This document shows, in pieces, positions 1 to 8,346 of a stretch of DNA of 64,000 nt. The position numbers were made by a program, and so were the translations under genes. Every line of letters starts with the position of its first letter. The stretch's first letter is position 1. The DNA comes from Patescibacteria group bacterium (lineage in GTDB: Bacteria > Patescibacteriota > Microgenomatia > UBA10105 > UBA927): positions 8,290-72,289 of the forward strand of contig JBGSUE010000040.1 in NCBI GenBank assembly GCA_041753515.1, written 5' to 3'. The notes under the pieces are model-generated. The model saw nothing but the letters and a program-made list of their open reading frames with translations. It made no database searches and was not told the origin of the DNA.

Positions 1-1667
1 AGAATATTTTCTTCCCTTTTTCCTTTTTCCTTTTTCCTTTCACCTAATGACGGGTATCTTAAAAAGTACCACGAACTATCTAAAAATGTATCAGAAACGT
101 CCGTCTCACGCCTGGCATCCCCACCGCAATGAGGACATTTTACTTCATAAAATTCCGTATGTTTTGCCAAAGGAGCAATACTGTCATCGCCAGGACGGTA
201 GTCTTCTATACGGGGCAGCAGTACCGGCAATTGACCATTGGGCACTGGAAACCAACCGGCCATATCAGAAAATGCAGATTCTTCTGAATATGTGATTCCT
301 TTTGTAAAACAATATTTACAAAATATCATCGGAATCGGTGGACCCCAATATCTTTGGCGCGAAATAAGCCAATCACGCAGGTGATAGGTAGAAACCCGTT
401 TCCCCCATCCCATCTTTTCCATATGGTCCATCATTGCGGCAGTTGCTTTATGAATATCCATACCATTCAGAAATCCTGAATTCATCATAATTCCTTCATC
501 TTCCTGAACATCGTCAATGTGTGTAATACACCCGTCATTATTGGCTGTTTTAACAACACGTATGACCGGAATATCAAATTCCCGGGCAAATTCAAAGTCC
601 CGTTTGTCATGACCGGGCACTCCTACAACCGCTCCGGAACCAAATCCCATAAGAACAAAGTCGGAAATGTACACAGGCATCAGTTTTCCATTTAGATCGT
701 TTTGACAATATAAACCAGTAAAGACTCCGGTCTTCTTTCTCCCTTCTTGTGCTCTTTCCTCAGATGTAATCTGTGATACACTTTTTATATATTGCTTGAT
801 TTTTTTACTCTGATCCTGATTTATCACTGTCAGAATCTGACTGATAATTTCATGCTCAGGAGATAGAGCAACAAAGGTGGCCCCAAAGTTTGTATCTGGT
901 CTTGTAGTAAAACATATAAGGTCAAATACATATTTATGATCTCTATTGACTACCTTATATGTAATATTGATTCCTTCCTTTTTCCCGATCCAGTTTGTTT
1001 GTGCGGTTTTCACAATGTGTGACCAATGAAGTGCGGGAATGTTTTCCAGTAATTTTTCCGCATATGCGGTAATTCGAAAAAACCATTGTTCTAAAGATCT
1101 TTTTGTTACATTATTTCCGCATCTCTCGCATTTTCCATCTATAACCTGCTCATCAGCCAAAACCGTTTTACATCCCGGACAAAAATTAACCTCCGCCCGT
1201 TTCCGGTATGCCAGGCCGTGTTTAAACATCTCCACAAACAACCATTGAGTGAAACGGTAGTAATCCGGATCATACGTTTCCAGGGTTTTGTCCCAATCAT
1301 ACATTGCTCCTATCTTGTGAAGCTGTGCATAAAATTTTTTCTGCGTAACCAGAGCATGGTCCATTGGATGGCGTCCTATTTTCAATGCGAAATTTTCGCT
1401 GTGAATGCCAAAACCGTCCAGTCCAATAGGCTCAAACACATTGAAGCCGCACATTCGCTTGTAGCGGCCGAAAATGTCCGCACCGGTAAATGCATACATG
1501 TTTCCCACATGCAGGCCTTCAGCGGATGGATACGGAAACATCATAAGATTGAAAAATTTCTTTTTCGTATCTTTGACATCCGTACTATTCTGTCGAATTG
1601 TGTTCCAACGGGACTTCCATTTGGTTTCGATATCTGTATGATTAAACATAGGTGTAGTATATACCAT
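1..1667 (-). CDS. leuS: leucyl-tRNA synthetase, N-terminal ~555 aa (gene runs off the window start; no in-window stop, hence absent from the ORF track)
   Basis: Minus-strand frame open from ATG at 1665-1667 (MVYTTPMFNHTDIETKWKSRW...) to position 1. It contains PYPSAEGLHVGN (HIGH-like), LeuRS-specific HLRDWLISRQRYWGPPIP, zinc-knuckle CPGCKT...CERCG and TFLDSSWYFLRYP. Confidence 0.9.
   Translation of the reverse strand, partial: MVYTTPMFNHTDIETKWKSRWNTIRQNSTDVKDTKKKFFNLMMFPYPSAEGLHVGNMYAFTGADIFGRYKRMCGFNVFEPIGLDGFGIHSENFALKIGRHPMDHALVTQKKFYAQLHKIGAMYDWDKTLETYDPDYYRFTQWLFVEMFKHGLAYRKRAEVNFCPGCKTVLADEQVIDGKCERCGNNVTKRSLEQWFFRITAYAEKLLENIPALHWSHIVKTAQTNWIGKKEGINITYKVVNRDHKYVFDLICFTTRPDTNFGATFVALSPEHEIISQILTVINQDQSKKIKQYIKSVSQITSEERAQEGRKKTGVFTGLYCQNDLNGKLMPVYISDFVLMGFGSGAVVGVPGHDKRDFEFAREFDIPVIRVVKTANNDGCITHIDDVQEDEGIMMNSGFLNGMDIHKATAAMMDHMEKMGWGKRVSTYHLRDWLISRQRYWGPPIPMIFCKYCFTKGITYSEESAFSDMAGWFPVPNGQLPVLLPRIEDYRPGDDSIAPLAKHTEFYEVKCPHCGGDARRETDVSDTFLDSSWYFLRYPSLGERKKEKGKREENI
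17..44. repeat. heptanucleotide tandem repeat (TTTTTCC)x3 plus TTTCACC inside the leuS CDS; encodes a K/E-rich insert ERKKEKGKREE on the minus strand
   Basis: Direct reading of 17-44: tttttcc tttttcc tttttcc tttcacc. Total length is in-frame. Confidence 0.7.
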
Positions 1668-3774
1668 TGTTATAAGGCATGACAAGAATATACATTTCTT
1701 GCCACTTTCGCCCTCTTTATCCCGAATAATAGAAATTATATACAGTTTTCACACGCATATACACGTATAATTTCACAGGATACGTATGTTCGTAAGTCAA
1801 TCAGTCACTCAAAGGTGAAAATATATATATGTCTTATATCAATAGCCTAAATCAATCTAGCACTCATTGGTTATAAGTGCCATTTAACATAATTCGGAGC
1901 TAAATTATCTTGCGGGAATAATTAAATTGAATAGAAATATATTCGTGAATATTTACACCTCGATATGATAAAATAATTATTATAAGTTTTATAATAAACA
2001 TATTATCGGTTATAAGCTAGTTATAGATCGTTATAACGGTATTATTATTTCCCGGATGGATAATTTATTGATCAAGTAGTACTGAGTAATATACTGCATA
2101 TATTATTAAATATTTATTTAAATATGATGTCCTATGGTATAGAAATCTGCGGCTAAATATGTACATGCGTTAAATCGTGAATAGTAATTTTTACACTCAG
2201 GCATATTCCTCATCCTATTCATACAGATATTGATTCATCAAATAGATATGCATCGCTTCAAATTTATTTGCATAGATATACTTTATCAAAGCTTATTCCG
2301 GCATCCTAAAATATTTTCTTACCATTAGTATTTCAGTATTATGATCATGTAGACAAAAAAATCTGCCATTTCCTCGTTTTCAATTTATTCCAACGTACCT
2401 GCTCATACCTTCCACTATTTTATTTTTGTACAATAGGCTCTTGAATATGTATTCACCAGAAGTCGAAGAAACTAGCGAAATGTTTTTGCACTAAATGGAA
2501 TACGGGAATACCGTAAGTATCAATGAACCAGTTCATGATGGTTACTTACCAGATTCACACTTTATGTTAAAAAATAATTACATCATTGATTAATGACAAA
2601 CTACAAATGCTCACTGCTCTCATGTCTGAATGTACCCGACTTTTAAACACGTACAATAAAAACATCACTTTTTTCTTTTGTCGTAAAATATTCAACTCTC
2701 CTCCACTTTACATTTTTAATAGTTATTGATACGTCGTAAAAATTTTTATGAAATTTACATTATACATATAAAAATTTAAAAATTCTCACTATTGCATAAT
2801 AAACCTATAATATATTCTTCTTTTTATAATTATCTTTCCGTCACTAGTCGTACAAAATATTTTGGTATACTCTGCTCTAAAGATACAAATCTAATCTCAT
2901 ATACGTCGTAAAATTTTATATCAAATAAACATACCGGTAATACATATTTATTAAATCGTCGTAAAATATATACATTATCTGTCGAACGGCCTCACGAACA
3001 GGATTACAAATTTTCAGGAGAAATATTTATTAATTAGCCAAACTCAACCGAATATAATAAAACGGGATACAGACATCCACCAATTATTTCATTATATTGA
3101 TTCTATATACACATCTCTATTATTACTTCAGCATTTTACACTTCAATATCAATATAGTACTAAATGATATTTAAAACATCTATATATTATTTAATATTCT
3201 TTTTTATATATTAATACGACTTAAATGGATTGTTCTTGCGTGAGCCCCATAACCGAATCTGCATATCTTTAAATCTTTCATTAGAATACAGAGAAATTCC
3301 GCATACCTTTCCATTTTCAGTCGGACTCCGGGTGTTTGAAAAACCTTTCACTGTCATATTCAACGCAATCCCCATTCTTTATCCGACGTGCGCGATTCAC
3401 GGCTACTATTGTGCTCTGTTCAGTTCACTATCTATGCCGGTTGAGGAATTTTTCATCCGTTATATGGCATTTCAAAGGCTTACGGAAATGAGAGTTTTTT
3501 TATTAACTTTAGACTGTCATGTCAGTATGAAATATGAAATACTTTGAGGCTAAATTAGCAATCTCACTCTCTCATCTGCTAAATATCAATAATATCATTA
3601 GAACAGGAAAATCGTGGTTTTTGAAGCTAAAATATACTATATACTCCTCACTTTCCCCGAGTCATATTCATTTTTCAAACAATAACTATCTTATAGGACT
3701 CACCAAACTGATGTCAATTTTTCACTTTTTCCGGATTTCTATATCTAAAGATATCAATGAAGGACTTAACTACA
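1668..3774. other. 2.1-kb AT-rich region with no credible ORFs, between the leuS start and the 3' end of the pilin cluster
   Basis: Base composition far more AT-rich than flanking CDS. Stops in all six frames. The only track ORFs (3230-3547, 3534-3887) are low-complexity. Confidence 0.6.
2678..2970 (+). repeat. five same-orientation direct repeats of core [T]ACGTCGTAAAAT (iteron-like), spaced about 52-116 bp
   Basis: Copies at about 2678-2690 (ttgtcgtaaaata), 2730-2742 (tacgtcgtaaaaa), 2846-2860 (tagtcgtacaaaata), 2902-2917 (tacgtcgtaaaatttt) and 2955-2970 (atcgtcgtaaaatata). Confidence 0.6.
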
Positions 3775-4290
3775 TCAGTCAGCACAGAGGCAGAAATTGC
3801 GGTTCGCAACCGTACATTCCGCAGCGCAATTTGCACTGCATTTGGATACACTCGATGATATGTCCGGATCACCTGGATTCTCCATGACGGTCGCTAAACA
3901 AAAATCATCACCGGATATCTTTTGAGTATACGTCCAGCCATCATCAACTCCCGGATCCATGTCCGGCCATTGTTTCATATATTGCGTATCACACCCGCCT
4001 CCGCCGGCTGCAAAATCGTAGTCCGTACACACAGAACCATCACACACTTGGTCCCCAGCCGCCCCGCACCCCTGAATACTTAATCCTGCTGTATTTGCTG
4101 GATATATTCCATAATCATTGTAATACAGCCGCAAGGCGGTTTTCATCTCCCCAAGTTCGGTCTTGCGCTTTACATCCCGCGCCCTCTGCCGTATTCCCAT
4201 AAAATTGGGAACAATTAGACCGATAATCGTGGCAATCACACCGATGACCACAAGTATCTCTATAAGCGTGAATGCTCTATGCTGTTTCAT
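3775..4290 (-). CDS. type IV pilin-like protein (prepilin N-terminal methylation domain; Cys-rich C-terminus)
   Basis: MKQHRAFTLIEILVVIGVIATIIG... has the class III signal peptide G/FTLIE. RK-x-ELGEM motif is shared with its neighbours. Confidence 0.8.
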   Translation of the reverse strand: MKQHRAFTLIEILVVIGVIATIIGLIVPNFMGIRQRARDVKRKTELGEMKTALRLYYNDYGIYPANTAGLSIQGCGAAGDQVCDGSVCTDYDFAAGGGGCDTQYMKQWPDMDPGVDDGWTYTQKISGDDFCLATVMENPGDPDISSSVSKCSANCAAECTVANRNFCLCAD

Positions 4291-4294
4291 ATAT

Positions 4295-4834
4295 TTAGTT
4301 TAACACTTTATTTGTACTCGTGACACCGAAATTACATTCTATCAACGTAGTCTTACCACACTTCAATAAACCGATCGGATCATTGTAATCGTCAGGATTT
4401 CCTGAACCATCATGAAGAGCATCCTGATCATCTAAATTTTCCAACCGTGCATATAGTTTAAAAAAAGTACCTGAAGCATCGCTCAGATAATAGTAAGTCT
4501 GCGTTGATTTCGGGTCTGACGGCAATTCCGCCATATATATGACCTCATTCGGACTCACCCCTTGCTTCATCATATCACCCCAATTGCATGTCACCTGTCC
4601 TGTATCTCCACAGGCATTCATTCTTCCATTTGTTGTCATTTTTGGAAAAGATCCAAAATCCTGATAATAAATCTCTATGGCTTTTGCCATTTGGGCAAGG
4701 TCGCTTTTGCGTTTGAGATCATTTCGCTTCATCATCGTTGCCCGGTAGCTGCCGATAGCACCCACGGCTAAAATAGCTAAAATTGCCATCACGACGATTA
4801 TTTCAATAAGCGTGAAGCCACGATTTTTATTCAT
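4295..4834 (-). CDS. type IV pilin-like protein
   Basis: MNKNRGFTLIEIIVVMAILAILAVG..., KRKSDLAQMAKAIEIYY. Confidence 0.8.
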   Translation of the reverse strand: MNKNRGFTLIEIIVVMAILAILAVGAIGSYRATMMKRNDLKRKSDLAQMAKAIEIYYQDFGSFPKMTTNGRMNACGDTGQVTCNWGDMMKQGVSPNEVIYMAELPSDPKSTQTYYYLSDASGTFFKLYARLENLDDQDALHDGSGNPDDYNDPIGLLKCGKTTLIECNFGVTSTNKVLN

Positions 4835-4844
4835 ATCATCTCTA

Positions 4845-5294
4845 TTATGGCACTAATGGTACACCACTCGTCAATCCGTAATTCACACCCGGCTCCAATC
4901 CACAGGCTGTTGCCGTACATCCCGCTTTTACTATATCAGGATCTGATGTCTGTTTAAGTGTTGCAAATATCCTATACCCGTCACACGATCCAATCTTTCG
5001 GTACAGATACTGTTGTTTGGTCTCCGGATCGCAGACAAATCTGTTCATGCCCTGATTTTCAAATGCAGTTGAACCGCAGATGGAAGGATCGTTGAGCGTG
5101 GCTTCATCGGGATAGCACCCGGTGTCATTGAAATACTGCTCCAGCATCACTTTCATCTTGGCAAGATCCTGCTTCCGGCGCCCGTCAAATCCTTTTTGAA
5201 GCTGTGCCATCCAGTTTGTGTATCCGGCTGCCAGTAGTAGCGCCATGATGGCTATCACAATCAGAAGTTCCATGAGGGTAAAGCCTCTTCTCAT
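4845..5294 (-). CDS. type IV pilin-like protein (start trimmed to MRRGFTLMELLIVIAI; the track ORF extends to 5372)
   Basis: The prepilin leader is normally 5-7 aa ending in G before FTLxE. RRKQDLAKMKVMLEQYF is paralogous to the two upstream pilins. Confidence 0.75.
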   Translation of the reverse strand: MRRGFTLMELLIVIAIMALLLAAGYTNWMAQLQKGFDGRRKQDLAKMKVMLEQYFNDTGCYPDEATLNDPSICGSTAFENQGMNRFVCDPETKQQYLYRKIGSCDGYRIFATLKQTSDPDIVKAGCTATACGLEPGVNYGLTSGVPLVP

Positions 5295-5313
5295 ATTTTC
5301 AGTATAATACAAC
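5295..5313. promoter_or_regulatory. 19-bp divergent intergenic region with overlapping -10 elements for two leaderless-type starts (TATAAT 5303-5308 on plus; TATACT from 5301-5306 on minus)
   Basis: Sequence is CAT(5292-94) attttcagTATAATacaac ATG(5314). Each -10 lies 5-6 nt from its start codon. Confidence 0.4.
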
Positions 5314-7383
5314 ATGATCCAGTTGTATATCTTTACAGAGAAAGCCCACGTAGGTATGATGGGGTCTATCATGACATCACGGATTGCTTTGGCAATACTC
5401 CTGTCTACAGTTGCAGTTTTTTATACCGGGTTCGGTGAGATATTCCAAACGCCGAAATTTTTTCTTCTGACTGGATCGACCCTCATACTCCTGTGTATTT
5501 TGGCCGTCAGGATAGTATTCGTCAACCGTATACCCATCCCGCGAATCGGCCTATGGACCGGATTTCTTGCTCTTGCCGTATCCTCGCTGATCACAACGGT
5601 ATTTTCCGGTTCAAACATCAGCGACCAGCTCAACGATCCTGTTGCCAGCCCATGGGTATTTTTCAGTCTTGCCCTTCTCTCGCATTTCTTACAGACTGCT
5701 TCTACCCGGGGAGCCACAACACTGCGATATACATATATCATCCTCGTCTCTATCCTTTCGATACTTTCCATCTATATGTACTTTGGTCTGGGAGAGATCA
5801 TGTTTCCGGCATCAGATATCCTGAAAGACAAACTATTTACTCCTGTTGGCAATCCGTATGTGCTTTTTGCACTGCTCGTCATGGCTATACCGGCGATTCT
5901 TTTTTCCATACAAAACGCGTACAGGCATACCCGGGATATTGATGTAGGACTCTATACCATAGCCGGGCTCTTGGTTCTCACCGGTACCGCTTTTTTAGGT
6001 ATCCAGCTTGCCCAAACAGCTTCAACATCACTCCTGCCCCTTTCTTCCGCCTGGTCAATACTCATGGAATCATATAAGACGTTTAAAAATGCGCTCGTCG
6101 GTGTGGGTTTGGACAACTATATCAGCGCATTCAATGCCGGCCGTCCGGCACAGCTCAACACAACACCCATCTGGAATCTCCGGTTCACTTCAGGCCCAAG
6201 CTTATTTTTCCATATTGGGGCAACTCAAGGATTGGTGGGGATCTTTGCATTTTCCGTATTTCTTATAAACATCGTGAAGTCAGTGAAAAATAACCCGGCA
6301 TGGTATAGGTTCAGTACGATTTTTCTTGCCGTGCTGTCCCTCTTTATCATCCAGCCTCATCTTGCCCTGTGGACGGGTCTCATATTCATCCTTCTTCCAC
6401 TCACGAAAAATTCCAACTCAAACCACGATGCATATCTCATCATTCATCAGCGCTGGGTTGCATGGGTTACTGCATCCGCGACTATTCTTGGCTGTGCCAT
6501 CCTTTTCATCTTCTGGTGGCGTTCTCTTATGGGAGAAATTGTATTCGGCCAGTCTTTGTCTGCCGCCTCCAATAATGACGGTAAAAAAACGTATGAAAAG
6601 CAAATTCAGGCAATCGGGTATAAACCGGACAAAACAGCATTCCATATCGCCTATTCCCAAACCAATATATCACTAGCAAATTCCATTGCTTCACAGGCCG
6701 AAAACAACCTGAATACGCTCACTGAAGAAGACAAAACTCTTTTCTCTCAACTTATCCAGCAGGCCGTCAGGGAAGCGAAAACTGCCACAACTCTCTCGCC
6801 AAGAAACGTCCTGGCATGGGAAAATCAGGCTAAAACGTATCAGGCGATTGCAGGTGTCGTCACCGGCTCCGACCAATGGGCAATCGCATCGTATCAGGAA
6901 GCCATCAAGCTGGATCCGACGAATCCGCTTCTTCGCATGGACCTTTCAGGTCTCTTTATGCGTTTGGGTAAATTTGACGAAGCGATCCAGGAGCTCAAAA
7001 CTGCCTCGTATCTCAAAAACGATCTTGCCAATATCCACTACAACCTCGCCTATGCTTACGGACAAACAAAGGCGTATTATAACCAGGCTGTAGAGCTCAA
7101 ACGGACAGCAGCGCTTATCGATCCCTCAAGCGAGGATGCAAAAAAAGTAGAAGATACACTGAAAGAGGTTGTAATCGAATTAAATGAACAGGAAAAAACC
7201 TCTTTTTCTGAAATTGTGACCGGTATTCCGGCAATAGACCAGATCCCGCTCTCAACTCCAAAACCCGAACCGGTTTTCGAGATCGAACCGAAGCTGGATA
7301 TTCTCCCCGAAGAGGCAACAACATCTTCCTTACCGCACCCTTCCCCAGAGAGCACCGGCGGAGATGAAACAGTAGAGAACTAA
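5314..7383 (+). CDS. O-antigen ligase (Wzy_C/WaaL/PglL-PilO) family polytopic membrane protein with C-terminal TPR repeats; candidate pilin O-oligosaccharyltransferase
   Basis: About 12 TM segments. Wzy_C-like block GVGLDNYISAF...SLFFHIGATQGLVGIFAFSVFL. C-terminal TPR-like AYYNQAVELKRTAALIDP. Divergent from the pilin genes. The start could instead be MMGS at 5356. Confidence 0.65.
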   Translation: MIQLYIFTEKAHVGMMGSIMTSRIALAILLSTVAVFYTGFGEIFQTPKFFLLTGSTLILLCILAVRIVFVNRIPIPRIGLWTGFLALAVSSLITTVFSGSNISDQLNDPVASPWVFFSLALLSHFLQTASTRGATTLRYTYIILVSILSILSIYMYFGLGEIMFPASDILKDKLFTPVGNPYVLFALLVMAIPAILFSIQNAYRHTRDIDVGLYTIAGLLVLTGTAFLGIQLAQTASTSLLPLSSAWSILMESYKTFKNALVGVGLDNYISAFNAGRPAQLNTTPIWNLRFTSGPSLFFHIGATQGLVGIFAFSVFLINIVKSVKNNPAWYRFSTIFLAVLSLFIIQPHLALWTGLIFILLPLTKNSNSNHDAYLIIHQRWVAWVTASATILGCAILFIFWWRSLMGEIVFGQSLSAASNNDGKKTYEKQIQAIGYKPDKTAFHIAYSQTNISLANSIASQAENNLNTLTEEDKTLFSQLIQQAVREAKTATTLSPRNVLAWENQAKTYQAIAGVVTGSDQWAIASYQEAIKLDPTNPLLRMDLSGLFMRLGKFDEAIQELKTASYLKNDLANIHYNLAYAYGQTKAYYNQAVELKRTAALIDPSSEDAKKVEDTLKEVVIELNEQEKTSFSEIVTGIPAIDQIPLSTPKPEPVFEIEPKLDILPEEATTSSLPHPSPESTGGDETVEN

Positions 7384-8346
7384 ACCGGTGAAAAACCCCT
7401 TCACGGCAAACGGAAGCCCCTTTTCCTGATACATGAATACGAGAAATTTCCGGATGAGAAATATGTGAAACAGCAAAATGAAACCAAGAATCGATGCGAT
7501 CAGTCCGGGAATCATACCAAACGGCATCCAGTATGCAAGTGCACTCACGAGTATGAGAACTCCAAACAATCCTACCACACCCACCCCGGAGAGTGCGGTG
7601 ATGGCTTCCTGAAGCGTAGTTGCCACAGGGTCAAAGCGCTTCCGGTGTGAATACAGTTTGGTCCAGTAGTATGCCCGCAGGAAATATTTTTTGGCAATCG
7701 GCCAGAAATCCTCAAATTCATGATGCACCCGGACACTCGGCGCGAATATGATGGCATATCTTCTGGCGATCCGGTAGGTTAGCTCGATATCCTCAACGAG
7801 CGCCCCCGGATACTTTTCATCAAACCCACCAAGACGCAAGAATACGGATTTTTTAATCGACGCAATGCGTGTTGAAAACAGAAAGTAGTAACCGGATTTA
7901 TCCCGTTCGTTGATCCAGTAACTCCAATCCCGCAGAGCTTTGAAATTCGGAAAGAATGCGTCTGTTTTCTGCTCTTTTACCCATACACCGGTTACTGCCA
8001 CGACGTCGGGGTCGTCCTGATAGATATTGGCAAGATTGGCAAGCGTATCGGGAAACAGCACGACATCTGAATCTAAAAATACAAGAAACTTGCCTCTGGC
8101 TTCTTTGGCACCCCTGTTCCTGGCCGCCGCCGGTCCTTTGTTTTGTTTTACGTTTATTATTGTTAAAATTTTATTCTTTTTTTGAGATTTGGGATTTGGG
8201 ATTTGGAACTTTACCCTACTTCCATCATCAACCACAATCACTTCATATGCCGGTGCCTTTCTTGAGGCATAAATTGAGTCCAGAAGTACCCCAATCGTCG
8301 CCTCGCTATTGTGGTATGGAATGATGATGGAGAGATACGGTTTCAT
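7330..8346 (-). CDS. family 2 glycosyltransferase with low-complexity insert and C-terminal TM helices
   Basis: IIIPYHNSE...VVDDGS...NKGPAAARNRGA...FLDSDV. Insert VKFQIPNPKSQKKNKILTIINVKQ sits between the DDGS and NKG blocks. Confidence 0.8.
   Translation of the reverse strand: MKPYLSIIIPYHNSEATIGVLLDSIYASRKAPAYEVIVVDDGSRVKFQIPNPKSQKKNKILTIINVKQNKGPAAARNRGAKEARGKFLVFLDSDVVLFPDTLANLANIYQDDPDVVAVTGVWVKEQKTDAFFPNFKALRDWSYWINERDKSGYYFLFSTRIASIKKSVFLRLGGFDEKYPGALVEDIELTYRIARRYAIIFAPSVRVHHEFEDFWPIAKKYFLRAYYWTKLYSHRKRFDPVATTLQEAITALSGVGVVGLFGVLILVSALAYWMPFGMIPGLIASILGFILLFHIFLIRKFLVFMYQEKGLPFAVKGFFTGLVLYCFISAGALWGRVR
8186..8206. repeat. perfect heptanucleotide tandem repeat (GATTTGG)x3 inside the GT2 CDS; minus strand CCAAATC x3 encodes PNPKSQ
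   Basis: Direct reading: gatttgg gatttgg gatttgg. 21 bp, so in-frame. Confidence 0.75.

Noticed and set aside
2040-2075. DnaA box / oriC in the AT-rich region
   Set aside because: There is only a single weak 7/9 match (gatggataa), no dnaA or dnaN gene nearby, and no box cluster. It is kept only as one hypothesis in the findings.
3230-3887. Track ORFs 3230-3547 and 3534-3887 inside the AT-rich region
   Set aside because: Their translations are low-complexity with no recognisable features, and they lie in a region where all frames are stop-rich. They are probably spurious.
4845-5372. Long N-terminal extension of the third pilin (MIDPIIPTWAFSVKIYNWIMLYYTEN before MRRGFTLMEL)
   Set aside because: Prepilin leaders are short and end in Gly directly before FTLxE. 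The extension would also overlap the divergent Wzy_C gene.
5421-5942. Antisense or alternate-frame track ORFs inside strongly supported genes (for example 5421-5771, 5493-5942, 22998-23729, 35475-35933, 35707-36228, 50997-51697, 52901-53098, 55842-56192)
   Set aside because: They fully overlap genes with clear family motifs and have no features of their own. They are treated as shadow ORFs.
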